Part shown: positions 1 through 12,000 of the stretch, piece by piece | Numbering within the stretch: the stretch's first letter is position 1 | How the letters are laid out: the number at the start of each line of letters is the position of its first letter | Assembly: GCA_963765765.1 (NCBI GenBank) | Contig: CAVXYC010000023.1 | Location: 96,001-160,000 of the forward strand | Length of the DNA stretch: 64,000 nucleotides | Reading direction: 5' to 3' | Origin: an uncultured Chloroflexia bacterium | GTDB lineage: Bacteria; Chloroflexota; UBA6077; JACCZL01 | Notes under the pieces: model-generated | Databases searched by the model: none | What the model was told of the DNA's origin: nothing | What the model saw: only the letters and a program-made list of their open reading frames with translations | Program-made: the position numbers and the translations under genes

Positions 1-12
1 TACGCCCAGTTC

Positions 13-705
13 TTGCTTGATGTCAGCTCAGCACTCCATGCCGACGGACGGGGAAAAGTTCTCGTGCTCAACGGCGCGTTGGATCAGTACGCACCACATA
101 CCCACGGCGTGGCAATCAACGGCTTCGAAGCGATCGAGGCGCATGCCTTTCTCGATGCCATGAACCAGGCGGTACCCGAAGTCTGGAACGGCATCGACAT
201 CTGGGCAGCACACTCCTACCCGATGGGCCCTTTTCAGGAGCCCCCCAACAAAGCCGAGTATCGGATCGACGATGTCTATACCGATGAGCCGCTGCGCACG
301 CCGCCCGTTCCGGGACTCACGAATCGCGGCATCAACTCATATCGGTCGGAGATTCACCATCTGCGACGACTTGGCGTGAATCACTTCGAGAAGGTCCTCG
401 TCACCGAGTCTGGCTGGCGCCACCGCGACACACAAGTGCCAAGCCGTGATAGCGCCGGCGCGACGATCTCGTCGAGTCACGCCGCCGAGAACCTCATCGC
501 CGCCTTTTACGGTGGTGCAGGCTGGGACCAATTTACTTCCAGCATCTGGATGCCCTGGATGTGGGACGCCGACGTGCAGGGCGTAGTGCTCTTCGCCCTG
601 GGCGGTGCGTCTTACAAGTGGGGACACACAAATTATGTCGACCTCAGCGATCAAGGCCAGATAATTGGAATCAAGCCAGGGTTCGCAGAGCTGTCAATGC
701 CATAG
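13..705 (+). CDS. C-terminal part of a putative clan-A glycoside hydrolase-like protein (5' end outside window)
   Basis: WAAHSYP and VLVTESGW resemble the strand-6 HxY and strand-7 nucleophile (TE.GW) motifs of GH-A TIM barrels; the frame is open from the window edge. Confidence 0.5.
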   Translation: MLDVSSALHADGRGKVLVLNGALDQYAPHTHGVAINGFEAIEAHAFLDAMNQAVPEVWNGIDIWAAHSYPMGPFQEPPNKAEYRIDDVYTDEPLRTPPVPGLTNRGINSYRSEIHHLRRLGVNHFEKVLVTESGWRHRDTQVPSRDSAGATISSSHAAENLIAAFYGGAGWDQFTSSIWMPWMWDADVQGVVLFALGGASYKWGHTNYVDLSDQGQIIGIKPGFAELSMP

Positions 706-818
706 GGGCCTAACCATCAAAGGCTCGGCAAAGGCTTCCCGCGGGGTCGACGTTGAGGCGGCAGGCTTCGTGCTCTGGACGTCGGTATGACAAGGACGAG
801 TGTGGGAGGTAAGCACGA

Positions 819-1407
819 GTGAGCACCGGACGATTGGAAGCGTTCAGCGATGGTGTGATTGCAATTGTGATCACCATCATGGTGCTCGAGTTGAAAGCCC
901 CCCAGGGCACGGAGATCGATGCATTGCTACCGCTGTGGCCCGTATTTATCAGCCACATGCTTAGCTTCATCTACCTGGGAATCTACTGGAACAATCACCA
1001 CCATATGCTGCACGCGACAGAGCGCGTGGACGGTCGGGTGTTGTGGGCGAATCTCCATTTCCTATTCTGGCTGTCGCTCGTGCCATTTGTCACCGGCTGG
1101 ATGGGTGAAAATCAATTTGCACCCGTACCGGTCGCGTTATATGGGACGGTGTTGTGCCTCACGGCGATCGCTTACTACATCCTGGCACGTACGCTTCTGG
1201 CGCTTCACGAGAGGGGGTCCGCACTGGCAAATGCGCTGGGCGGGGATTTCAAGGGCAAGATCTCAGTGGTGATCTACCTGGTTGCCATCCCTCTTTCGTT
1301 CGTGAACAACTGGCTCGGCATTCAGCCTGTATGCGCTGGTAGCCGCCATCTGGTTTGCGCCCGATCCGAGAATTGAGCGAGAGGTATTGCCGGAGATCGA
1401 GTCATGA
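819..1407 (+). CDS. TMEM175/DUF1211 family potassium channel (frameshift near 1320)
   Basis: N-terminal RLEAFSDGVIAIVITIMVLE signature and YWNNHH; the C-terminus LYALVAAIWFAPDPRIER continues in another frame to TGA 1405-1407. Confidence 0.85.
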
Positions 1408-1487
1408 GTCGGGTGCGGTGAACAGTCTCTATCCGTGGGATAAGCGTCGATCTAACCTATGGCGCCTATCAACCAGAGGCTACGTGA

Positions 1488-2702
1488 TTACCGCACCGGC
1501 ACCTGATGCTCGAGCATGATCTCCCGCCGTTCTCGTCCAGATTGCATGATGGCGGTAAGTACCTCCAGCGTGGCGAGCCCCCAGCGGCCATCGTCCTTGG
1601 CCTGGCGCCCGGTGTTGATGGCGTCGAGCAGCTCGCGGATCTCGGCCAGCTCCATCTCCTGGCCTTCCACTGGGATCTCACGCATGCCATGGTCGTCATA
1701 GACGAAGAGCCCATGTTGAGAGTGACGAAGCATGCCGCGCTCGCAGCTCACGAGATGGATGCCAAAACTGAGGCCGGTAGGCCGTCGTTGGCCCGGCGCG
1801 GTGGCGGAGCTGGATGAGCGCGCCTCGACACGCTGCTCCTCCTTTGCTCCGGATACGTTGAAGCTACCGTCACGAAGCTGACGCCGGACCTCAATGCGCT
1901 TGCTCGGCGCTGTACATGCGGTCGCCGATGCCCCAGGCAAGCTCCTGCGTATTGAAGTAGCCATAGCCGCCGTAGGAGATCGTCGCTGGCGTGCCGTCCT
2001 CGAACTCGAGAAAGGTGCTGTGATTCCCAGGCGCCGGCCGCTCCGGCATCCAGGCTCCCCAGCTTGCGCGAACGCTACGGACCATGCCACCACCGATGGC
2101 GCGAACGGTGTTCACGATATGCGGCCCATGTCGATAGATCACACCGCCGCCCCGATTGATGTCATATTCCTCGGGCATACGCGGCTTGAGCAGCCAATCG
2201 GAGTACATCCAGTGAGCCAACTGCGTGATGCGCCCCAGCTCACCCGACCGTGCGACCTCAACCATCTTCTGGATGGCCGGGTTCAGATCAGTCGGATGCC
2301 CGAGCACCAGCTTGACGCCGTTGCGCTCGGCAGCGTCCACCATCTGCAAGCCTTCAGCCACGGAGGTGGCCATAGGCTTCTCGCACACGATGTGCTTGCC
2401 CGCATTGGCGGCCGCTACTACATGCTGACAATGCAGATCGTTCGGTGTGGCTACCCAGACAGCATCGATCTCCCGATCCTGGCACATCGCTTCCACGCTG
2501 TCATACGCCCGACCGCCGTACTTCTGGGTGAACTGCTCACGCGCCTCTGGGCGGACATCCGCGGCCGCAACGACCTGCGTCGCGGCCATTCGCTCCAGCC
2601 ACGGCAGTGCCATGGCGCTACCGATACCCAGGCCGGCGATGCCGAAACGGAGCGAGGTGACGGGCGGTTGGGCTGCGGCACCTGAGCCACCGGAGTGGTC
2701 AT
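1488..2702 (-). CDS. Gfo/Idh/MocA oxidoreductase, similar to phthalate 4,5-cis-dihydrodiol dehydrogenases (frameshifted)
   Basis: RFGIAGLG, VWVATPNDLH, HIVCEKPMA and GGGVIYRHGPH in ORF 1891..2850; the C-terminal HLVSCERGMLR...WGLATLEVLTAIMQS is in ORF 1488..2093; it lies downstream of a Rieske oxygenase. Confidence 0.75.
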
Positions 2703-2891
2703 GAGATCCTCCCGTGAAATGTGCGTGGGCGGGGAGATGATCCTGCGATGCCGCAGGTGGCGCCCCTATACGAGCGTCGCCTGGTTCGCGGAAGCAGACT
2801 TCTTGAAGAATCCTCGGTGGCGCCCGTTTAGGGACGCCACCGAGACTCATCTTCGCTTGGCAGAAGTTGGGCTTTCCCCACGCCGAGAACG

Positions 2892-4117
2892 CTAACGCGC
2901 GCCCGTTGGTGACGCCGCGCTGGGCGCATAGGTGCGCGTGTCCTGATACCCATCCTTAATGGTGAACGCCGCGCGCGCCTTCCCGTGCTCGTTCTCATCG
3001 TGGTACTGCAGCATCGGCCAATTGCGCGAGTCATCCCACAATAGGCACGGTGGATCGCCGCCCTGTTCAACAGCAGCCATCGCCTCGTTCAGCATCCCCC
3101 GATACAGGATGACACCCTTGTCCGAGACACCCAGGTGCTCCATGTTGCGCGGCGTCACGGGCCCCTGACTTACCCAGGCCAGCATGTCGGTCCCGAGGAT
3201 GGTGTCCGTGATGAGCTTGCCCTCATCGGTCAGATACGGGACCGGCACCACGTTGGTCGTGGGCGCCGCTTGCCCTCGGCCACTGGGCTCAGGCCGTAGT
3301 TGATGTGCCAGGTATGCGTATCGTCAATCGGCACCCGTATCTGGAACAGCGATCGAGTCACGGCCAGCGTATTCGGGAACAGAACCGGATGCCCGACCAG
3401 CCAATCGGTGGAGGTATTCGGATCGTCTCCCTCGAGCAGACGACGTTTGTAGATGCCGAACTCGAATACGTCAAAGTCGATAGCCAGGTGCTTCGCTGGG
3501 TTCATTGCTTTCTTGGTGGCGCCCTTGCGACGAGCAGCATTGTTCATGACGTTTGCATGCAGCCACTCGAAATGCACCGGGTCCAGCGAATTCTCCATGC
3601 ATTGCAGCCAGCTACACGGCAGATCGGACACCCCGATGGTTCGGTTCAGCCCTTCTAACACGAAGCCTTCCCAGCGCGGTAGCACCGGCTGCTTCTCTCT
3701 GGGGCCGAGGTACGCCCAGATCAGCCCACCCATCGCCTGCACCGGGTAGGCCGTGACGGTGATCTTGTCCTTAAAGCGCGCTTCGGCGTTAACGGTCTCT
3801 TCAAAGGGCTGCTCGAGGCATTGCCCCTCTTCATTGAAGTACCAGCCGTGATATGGACATCGGATGCCCTCATCGTCCGGAGTGCCATATGCAAGTGAGG
3901 CGGAGCGGTGCGGACAGCGCTCCTGGACGAGTCCCATGGTGCCATTGAACGCCTTGTAGAGCACCAGGTTCTCACCGAAGCGGCGGATAAGCATCACCTC
4001 TTCACGATCGAGGTCCGATTCGGTCGCGACGGGCTGCCAGAATCGACGCATCATGTTACCCATGGGCGTGCCCGGGCCAACCTGGGTCAATCGTTCATTC
4101 TCTTCGATGCGTAACAT
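2892..4117 (-). CDS. Rieske non-heme iron oxygenase alpha subunit (phthalate 4,5-dioxygenase/LigX-like), frameshift near 3250
   Basis: CPHR...CPYHGW Rieske motif, ENSLDPVHFEWLH mononuclear Fe motif and LTQVGPGTPMG N-terminus; the C-terminal EHLGVSDKGVILYR is in ORF 2892..3251. Confidence 0.85.
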
Positions 4118-4317
4118 GGGCGAGCCTCCGCGATGTTATTGAAATCTCAATAGGGTTAGATTGAGAGTACCGCAATCCGACTGAGCCGGCCAACGCGATG
4201 CACCTGTAGGGTGGGTTTGCTCTTCTAGTGACGGCCGCCATTAATGGCTTGTCAATAGACAGCGCTGATGACATGGATCGAGTGCATCGGGAGACGATCT
4301 AGAAGCACAGGAGATGG

Positions 4318-5197
4318 ATGGCAGATATGGAAATTCCACTGAATTTGAAGGATCGCGTCGTTGTGATCACCGGGGCGGCGCGAGGCATGGGCGCGGCCTA
4401 TGCGCGGGAATTTCTGGCCGAGGGTGCCCGAGTCGTCGCAACCGACCGTCACTGGAGCGGTGTCGAGGCAGTTCGCGACGAGCTTAGCGCCAGTGATCGG
4501 TCGCTGGCTCTTGATATGGATCTGACGAGCGACGAGCAGATTGATGCGGCCTACGCGGCCACCCTCGAGAAATTTGGTGCGGTGGACGCGTTGGTGAACA
4601 ACGCCGGCGATGCGTCAGCGGGACCTCTTCCCGCCACACGGGAGGATCACGACGCTGGAGACCAGCGATGACGACTTCTTCCGCATGTACAACGTCAACG
4701 TCTTCGGCACATTGCGAGTGATTCGCCGATTCATCCAGCCAATGATTCAACAACGGCGCGGCAGCATCATCAGCGTTGTCAGCAGCGGGATGATCATTGA
4801 TTCAAACGGGGGCGCTTATACAGCGCTACGCCCCAACAGCCGAGAGCAACCCTACATGTCATCCAAGGCGGCACTCGCGAATATGACGTGCTATCTCGCG
4901 GATGAAGTGAAAGAGCACAACGTAGCTGCAAATGTTGTTGTTCCGGGGCACACGCGCACCACTGGATTCGACCAGCAGAATCGCGCACGGCTGGAGCGAG
5001 GCGATGCGTTGGGCCCGCGGCCAATGGTGCCCGAGCACATCGTGCCGATAGTGATGTATCTCGCTGCGCAGGATGCCGGCTCGGTGACCGGCCGCATCTT
5101 CGACGTGATGACCTGGAATATCGAACACGGACTCGGCGGAGCCGAGAACTGGTCCGACATGACCGTGGAGCGGGAGCTCATCATCAATCCAAGCTAA
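4318..5197 (+). CDS. Short-chain dehydrogenase/reductase (frameshift near 4610)
   Basis: TGAARGMG and VNNAG in the first ORF; the YMSSK catalytic motif in the second ORF. Confidence 0.85.
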
Positions 5198-5400
5198 AGC
5201 GCTCGCGCGATGAGTGCGTGAGATGGTGTTCCACCGCATGCTTCGCGCAGGCGCATGCGGAACTACCTGTCACGACAGGGGCCGTGGTGGACCTGCGAAG
5301 ACCTTACCCGCAACGTGAGCTCCATACCGTGATCACGCGCTTGATGGGAAGCTCACGGAGCTGAGCGCGTCTCGCCGGAAGGGTCTCTAGCGAGGCATCA

Positions 5401-6048
5401 TCACCACAGCGAATTCCGGGCGCGCTCCGGCCAGGCACGATCATATTCTGCCCCGCCAAGCCGCTCATCGGTCAGGCCTGCCAGGATGTCTCCCGGCGAA
5501 GGGAGCGTGGTGGGCTCGACGTATTTTTCGGGGTTCCAGATGTCCGACCGCACAATGGCCCGTGAGCACTGAAAGTACACCGCTTCAATATGAATCACGA
5601 TGACACAGCGCGGAGGCTTATCGTCCACTGCGAACGAGGCTACTAGATCCGCGTCCGTTGAGAGGATCGCTCGGCCATTGACCCGCAGTGTTGTGCCGGA
5701 TCCCGGGATCATGAACAGTAAGCCGACACGCGGATCTTGAATGATGTTCTTCAACGAATCGGCGCGATTGTTCCCGCGGCGATCCGGCATGAGCAGCGTC
5801 ACGTCATCGTGAACTCGAACAAATCCGGGCCTGTCGCCGCGCGGAGAGCAATCGAGACCCTCCGGGCCGCTGGTTGCCAGCGCAACGAACGGCGACGCCG
5901 CGATCAAAGCGCGATAGTCATCGGTGAGACGATGCACCTCTTTAACGATCGATGCTTCCACGGGCTGGCCGTACAAGGCCTCGAGCTCTTCAACGGAAGT
6001 GATCGTACTTATCGTTTCCGCAGACATCGTGTCCATTACTCGTACCAC
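5401..6048 (-). CDS. Pyridoxamine 5'-phosphate oxidase-like FMN-binding protein (MSMEG_1061 type)
   Basis: DCSPRGD.PGFV, PDRRGNNRADSL.NI and YFQCSRAIVRS motifs. Confidence 0.85.
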   Translation of the reverse strand: MVRVMDTMSAETISTITSVEELEALYGQPVEASIVKEVHRLTDDYRALIAASPFVALATSGPEGLDCSPRGDRPGFVRVHDDVTLLMPDRRGNNRADSLKNIIQDPRVGLLFMIPGSGTTLRVNGRAILSTDADLVASFAVDDKPPRCVIVIHIEAVYFQCSRAIVRSDIWNPEKYVEPTTLPSPGDILAGLTDERLGGAEYDRAWPERARNSLW

Positions 6049-7270
6049 CTTCGCTTCGTGGCCACTGTCGGACTATTGGGGCCAGCTCCACCCGTTCGAT
6101 ATATAGCACTTCGCCAGGGTGCGCCACCGGCTTGTCGTTGAATCGATCGCGCAGCCAATCACACATGACACCGTGTGTCGGCGCTGACCAGGTGGTGCCA
6201 GCCTCGGTTCCGCCGATATTCGGCATGTGATGTTGATCGGCAAAGAGCCACAGCTCGGACGGCGCGGTAACTTGTTCGAACAGCTCGAAGATCTCATCAA
6301 TGGGGCTGCGCGGATCGTACTCACCGACCGTCATCAGCGTCGGGCAGGTGATCTTGTCCAAATAACCGTCCAGCGTCATGTCGCTCACCACGGCATCCAG
6401 CTCCTCTTCCGTCTCACTCTGAGTGAGGTAGGCAAAGAGCTGTTTCCAGCGAGGCGACTCGAGATTCATGAGCACTCTCTTGTCGCCGTACGTGGATGCC
6501 GGCGCCACGATTGCACGCACACGGGAATCACGCGCGGCCAGGCGCAGCCCCCAGTGGGAGCCAAAGCTGACTCCGTATACGCCGATACGATCGGCGTCGA
6601 TCTCAGGCCGATTTACCAGGTAATCAATCGCTGTACTGGCGGCCTCTTCGTAATTGCTGGACGTGAGCTTGATACCGCGCAAGTTGCACTCCGCCTGCCC
6701 CGGCCCATCGAACGAGAAGACGTGCATGCCGCGCATATGAGCGAAATTGAACTGCGGGTGCGGCCAGCCCTCTTTCATGGTGTCGCAGCCGGGGATATAG
6801 AAGATGAGCGGTCGCGGCTCATCGCCCGGGCAAAGGTGGAGGTTCCCCGAGACAAGTGTGCCGTTCCACGGGATGTCGATGTGCTCCAGCTTATAGGGCG
6901 CCAGAGCGCACACCTGGTCGTAGCATCGCCGCACTCCGGAATAAAGGTAGCGCTTCTCATCGTTGTTCTGGAAAATGACGTGCTGCGCGGCGGCCCACAT
7001 GACGGCAGCACGATAGTAGAGGTCTAGCGCGGTCTCTGAATGCCCAGCCTCGGCCTCTGTGCGCGCCAGTCCCTCCAGGCGTCGTGCCGATTGGCCCACG
7101 TGCTTACTGATCATGGCGTGGCTACGGACAGAGCGCGGTAGATTCCCGCGGCCTTCACCCTGGAAATGGAAGACCTTGCCGGTCTCCTGAACCAGGTAAT
7201 CGAGAACCCACTGCTGACTATCGCGGGCCAGCCGAGCTCGGCCGGCAACTTTGGTCTCAGAATGGGGCAT
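5990..7270 (-). CDS. Alpha/beta hydrolase, FrsA / 2,6-dihydroxypseudooxynicotine hydrolase-like
   Basis: IPGCDTMKE, FDGPGQAE and nucleophile elbow GVSFG; the overlap with the next gene probably reflects a 3' frameshift. Confidence 0.75.
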   Translation of the reverse strand: MPHSETKVAGRARLARDSQQWVLDYLVQETGKVFHFQGEGRGNLPRSVRSHAMISKHVGQSARRLEGLARTEAEAGHSETALDLYYRAAVMWAAAQHVIFQNNDEKRYLYSGVRRCYDQVCALAPYKLEHIDIPWNGTLVSGNLHLCPGDEPRPLIFYIPGCDTMKEGWPHPQFNFAHMRGMHVFSFDGPGQAECNLRGIKLTSSNYEEAASTAIDYLVNRPEIDADRIGVYGVSFGSHWGLRLAARDSRVRAIVAPASTYGDKRVLMNLESPRWKQLFAYLTQSETEEELDAVVSDMTLDGYLDKITCPTLMTVGEYDPRSPIDEIFELFEQVTAPSELWLFADQHHMPNIGGTEAGTTWSAPTHGVMCDWLRDRFNDKPVAHPGEVLYIERVELAPIVRQWPRSEGGTSNGHDVCGNDKYDHFR

Positions 7271-7506
7271 GAGAGCCTCCCTTAAGACATGTGATCTCGT
7301 GTTCGAAGACTCTACACCCGCCGCTATCGCAGTGGCGCGTCCCGTGAATGCGGGGGACCGCCGACATCCTGTCGGCCCGGCTCTTCGGAGGGCCGCGGCG
7401 CGATCGCCACAGTCATCCGGTCTCAGTGATTCCGCCAGCGGACCTCACGGGCCGAGCCGACAAGATGTCGACGGTCCCGGAATGGGATGTCAGTCTCAAG
7501 GGGCCG

Positions 7507-7860
7507 CTAGTACAGCAGGCTCGGGTCCTGCTTCTCGCGCCAGAGCGATTCCAGCACCGCAAGGTCGCTCAGGATCTGGTCGCTGGTGCTCTCGGGCTTC
7601 GTATCCAGCACTTCCAGGATCTCCAGATCAAATGCCTCAATGCCGAATTTCCGGCCATCTTCCTTGAGTGCGAAGTGCAGCGCAGATGCCGATCCCGTGC
7701 TCCTGGCGAATCGCATCTTGCTTTCCATGCTAGCCAGATTGGAAGTGGAGCCAACGAGCACTCGGTTATTGCGATTGTTCACGATCCGGAATACGCCCGC
7801 CTCCGGTCGATTCTGCTTGTACTCATCGACAAGCTCTTTGCGGCGCGTCTTCTCGGTCAT
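7507..7860 (-). CDS. Small GIY-YIG-like domain protein
   Basis: RKEL..EYKQ...AGVFRIVN..N.RVLVGST pattern and FDLEILEVLD typical of the short GIY-YIG (LuxR-associated) family. Confidence 0.65.
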   Translation of the reverse strand: MTEKTRRKELVDEYKQNRPEAGVFRIVNNRNNRVLVGSTSNLASMESKMRFARSTGSASALHFALKEDGRKFGIEAFDLEILEVLDTKPESTSDQILSDLAVLESLWREKQDPSLLY

Positions 7861-8026
7861 GACGAGTCCTTCATCAGTCGTAGTGGTTCGCGAACGTTAG
7901 AACGCATCTTGCTGTGGTCAGTATTCCCATACGTGTGGGAGACTTCATCAATTGTATGAAGCGAGGAGTTGGGAGATGACCCAGAGCACACCCGGTGGAT
8001 GACCCGTTGGTTGGCAAAAAGAGCAC

Positions 8027-8413
8027 ATGCAGCGGTATCTGGATACGAACGGCGAAGATGGTCACATCTGGAACGGCCGACCGACACTGCTTCTAACCAC
8101 CACCGGACGGAAAAGCGGTCAGCAGCACACCACGCCGCTCATCTACGGTGAATCAGACGGTCGTTACCTGGTGGTCGGCTCGCGCGGCGGTGCGCCAGAG
8201 CATCCCCAGTGGTACAAGAACCTGGTGGTCAATCCAGACGTGGAAGTACAGGTCCTGGGCAACCGATTCAAGGCGCGCGCCCGTACCGCCACAGGCGATG
8301 AGAAGCAGCCGCTCTGGGATCTGATGGTGGGCGTCTATCCGTCGTTCGCCGACTACCAGACGCGCACCGAGCGAGAGATCCCGGTTATTGTCCTGGAACG
8401 GGTCGGAAACTAG
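8027..8413 (+). CDS. Deazaflavin (F420)-dependent nitroreductase/quinone reductase (Ddn family), intact copy; true start probably 7976
   Basis: LLLTTTGRKSG, SRGGAPEHPQWYKNL..NP and YQTRTEREIPVIVL motifs. Confidence 0.9.
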   Translation: MQRYLDTNGEDGHIWNGRPTLLLTTTGRKSGQQHTTPLIYGESDGRYLVVGSRGGAPEHPQWYKNLVVNPDVEVQVLGNRFKARARTATGDEKQPLWDLMVGVYPSFADYQTRTEREIPVIVLERVGN

Positions 8414-8717
8414 TTTCCAGTCCGGTGTGCCTGGGGCATACTGGCCCAACGACGGATATCGTCCCACCCTTTGCGATGCCCACCGCGGAGGGCATGCAGG
8501 CCTATCGGCGAAGTGGGCATCCGAAACAGCTTCCCCGCTCCGCGAGAATACGGCTTGCCTAATCGAGCGGGGAGGGCTCTTATGCGGATTCGATTGTTTG
8601 GCACATTGTTCGAGACCAAAACGACACGGCGAAAGTCCAGAATCGACCGGATGACGACGAGGCGCGGGCAAAAGCCAAGCACGAGAAGGGCAAAGAAGAC
8701 TAGCTCTTACGAGTGGA

Positions 8718-8947
8718 TCACGTCGCCGCGACTTCACCTGACTTCTCACGATCCCTGCGATCATGCCGGGCCAGCGTATCGCCCAGCACCTCGCCCACGG
8801 CCACCAGCACGGAGCACATGCCAAGGTAAATGAACCTGTAGCCGAATCCAAAACGCTCGGCCATGGCGGCAAACCCTGCCGGAGTCACCGGCGCGCGAGG
8901 CTCTGCGAGACAGCGAAGAACCGGAACAGGTGCGAATGTTGGCTCGC
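8718..8947 (-). pseudogene. Decayed duplicate of the 3' end of the MFS gene at 13947-15242
   Basis: VTPAGFAAMAERFGFGYRFIYLGMCSVLVA...LGDTLARHDRRDREKSGEVAA aligns with the MFS C-terminus VTPAAFAAIAEHFGFGYSFVYLGMCAVLVA...LGDTLARHDREDRAKTGEVAA, with small deletions. Confidence 0.85.
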
Positions 8948-9005
8948 GTTCAATGCTCAACTGCATCGCCCGAGTGAACCTAATACGGATCTACGGGCGA
9001 CATCT

Positions 9006-12000
9006 CTAAGGGAGAGATTCCGAACGCCCGAGCGGTGAAAAAATGGGAAGTGTCAAAGGAAGCTCAAGATCTGTCTCAAGCTCGCTCATGTCCAATTCAG
9101 CAGTCCCGACGATCGAAAGATAGATCTCGACGAGCGCGTACACCAGGTTCTGAGCCAAATGCGTGCGCAGACTTAAACACCATTCCATTATGTCGATTGA
9201 CTCCTCGGCATTTGACCCACTCATGATCCGTCTCAACAGAGTAACGAGTGCCCCAGTCAATGCTCCATTTTCCAACGACGCCGACTCAAATATTCGCGCG
9301 ACCGTTCTTCGCGAGATCGGTTCCTTGGTCGCAGCGATTAACTTGATCAAGCCTGACTGGGCTGTGGGACCGAACTCTGGAATTCTCCCAGTCAACTGAT
9401 CCACGTTGTCAAGCGATTTGGGAAGCCGAAGAACTCTAACCGGTCTTGCGCCTGAGGGATCTGTTAGAATGCCGGACAAATGGACCAGGCGGAAGAGTCC
9501 CGTCGAATGCGGGGATTGACCTCTGGCAGCGACTGTAAGTAGTCGCTCAAGAATCCTTGGCGCCAACGGGTCCATTGTGGCAGCTCCGTCTTCGGCGCAG
9601 AACAAATACTCCTCGGCTCCACTCAAACGAACGAGCAATTTGCTAGTTGTCGCATCGAAGGCAGGATATCGCGCGAACAGGACCGCCAACTTGGCTAGCG
9701 TAATGACTTCACGCCTGCTTGATGGAATTGCGGACGCGATCTCGAAAAGCCGCTCAAGTGGCGCTGAGAGGACCTCAACAGCGGAACTCAACCTCGATGA
9801 CGGAGCGACAGCAAAGTAGGCTACAAGAAGTCGCTCAAGTACCGCCCAGCCACGCCAGTGACCCGACACGTTTCCGCTCCACACTGAGGTAACCGTATCC
9901 AAAATCGCCGATACAATTGACGGCTGCAACGCCCCGTCAGTCATTGGGAGACGGAGACTACCTAACCGAACTCCCCTACGTAGACCCGGGCTCTAGGGAA
10001 GATGACACTAATCCCGAACGCACATCATCCGTGGCACGCAGTCCCTCTCGGAATTTAGCTATTTCTTTAGGGCCGAACGAGTCAACTACATATGCCAAAA
10101 GCAAGCGCTCAGGCGACTCGGTCGAGATTGTTGCCCGCAACCTCATCGCTCCGCGACTAAGCGCAATGCCCTGAGTTTGCTTGATGGCCCTCAACAAGTC
10201 CGATCGCATACGTGAGACATCTGGAAACCCGACCAAGTACGCGAAACGGTCCACTTGCTCGAGATCCTTACCTACAAACAAAGGACGATCCAAGAAGTCC
10301 ATTGGAATGTCCTGCGCTCGTCCTGGGTGGCGGTTCACGCGTCGCCATAGCAGCATGAATGCTGACACGCGAAACTCAAGCAATAATGACGTGTCGGTCG
10401 CGATCTCGATCAACTGCGCATTCGGGAGATGTCCAGTTACATCGTCTAGGGGCGAAGATAGCTCAGTCGCGAACGCTCCCGGGGCCTGTAGGAATTGAGA
10501 CCGCGTCGACCGAACTCGGTTGGCCGCGTACATTCTTTGATGATCGTTATAAAGAATCATCAGTTGACTGAACATCCATACGGCCCGCAGTTGGCCAAGC
10601 CAATCGCGTCTGTCGAACAATTCCTCGCTGATCTCAATGCCACCTGTGGGAAATCGCCATCCCGCGTCACCCACCGCAGACCGAAAGATAGCAGCACCAG
10701 CGTCGGTTGAGAGTATTCGCTCCTCTATGAGCCGAACCACGTATTCTGAATCCGCAAGAAAAGTCTGAACCCACAAGCGTCGAAAACGCGGCAAGGATGG
10801 GTCCGGAACACCCGGGACATCTCGCCACGCCGGAGCTCCACAGCGCCACTCGGCGAGCAACCCGACTCGCTCTCCGTCGGTTAGGACGCCAGCACGAACC
10901 AGCGAAGCCAACACCTCACTTGCGCGCCGATCATCACCCGACATGGTGTGAAATAGTTGGACCAGGCGCAACTCATGCCTGGACTCCACCTCGCTCATGC
11001 GATCGGACAATATCGGCTTAACGAAATCCCTGATATCCTCCGCCGGCAGCTCTCCTAAACGCTTGCTCAACTCCGCAAAGCGCAACCTGTCCAGACCAAC
11101 CGTCGCTAGCCGCAGAGCGTATTCAAGTGCCCCACGTTGAAGAATCCGATTCGGCGCGAACGATCGGTCGCTAGCAATTTCCAACGCCAGCCAGCCGCCC
11201 CGAAACGCAAACCGGTGAACCCCGCTGCGATCTATATCGCGACAACCTTCGAGAACATGCGCCGCCTCACCCGAATGCGCACGGCCCACGCGCCCTGCGA
11301 AAAACAAAACAACATTGCGCCAGTGCGGTGCAAGAGAAATCGATTGAAATCGTTTAAACCGAAGCTCACTCCCGCTTGCCGAATCGACCAAATGACCCGC
11401 AGCGAAAAACTCCTGAATCGATCTCAATTCGAAACCGTACACTCCGGGTTCGCTCTCCACTAACAAAACCAGACGTTCGTGGGCTTCGCTGATCAGCTGA
11501 TTTGCAACCTCACTAACCTCCTTCTCTCCAGAAAACGGATTATTGAACCGCAACAATCTCACAACCTCCGCCTTGAATTCATTCTCGCCTAAAATTGACC
11601 GCGTATCGCCTGCGGCCGTTGACCTTCGATGCAATATATATGCCAAGTACTGATGCAGCCCGAAGAGTAATCTCTTTTCTGTCTGGATTATTGTCTTGGA
11701 CTTCGAACGTTCACGCTTATAAATGACTTCTAGGTATTCGTTGAACAGTTCTTCTCGCTGCCTTGGCGGCGTGCCGCCACTCAATATGATTAGAATAAAG
11801 ATGGTGACCTGAAGTGGTGTTGTCATAAGCGACTGGAAGTTTGGATCTGCCAAACAATCCTTGATCATTGCTCTTAACGCCAGGCCCTTCGGTTGCTCGA
11901 TACTCTTTGCTGAGATCCACCTCTCCGTGTATTCGAGGACTTTTTCCGTTGACATATTGACGAGTGTGAAGTGAACGAACTCCTCCGGATTAAAATTATC

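Noticed and set aside
7976-8029. In-frame TGA (8000-8002) upstream of ddn as a sixth Sec codon
   Set aside because: It is not a Cys position in Ddn proteins and has no redox motif; two compensating homopolymer indels (restoring PVDDPVGW) explain it better.
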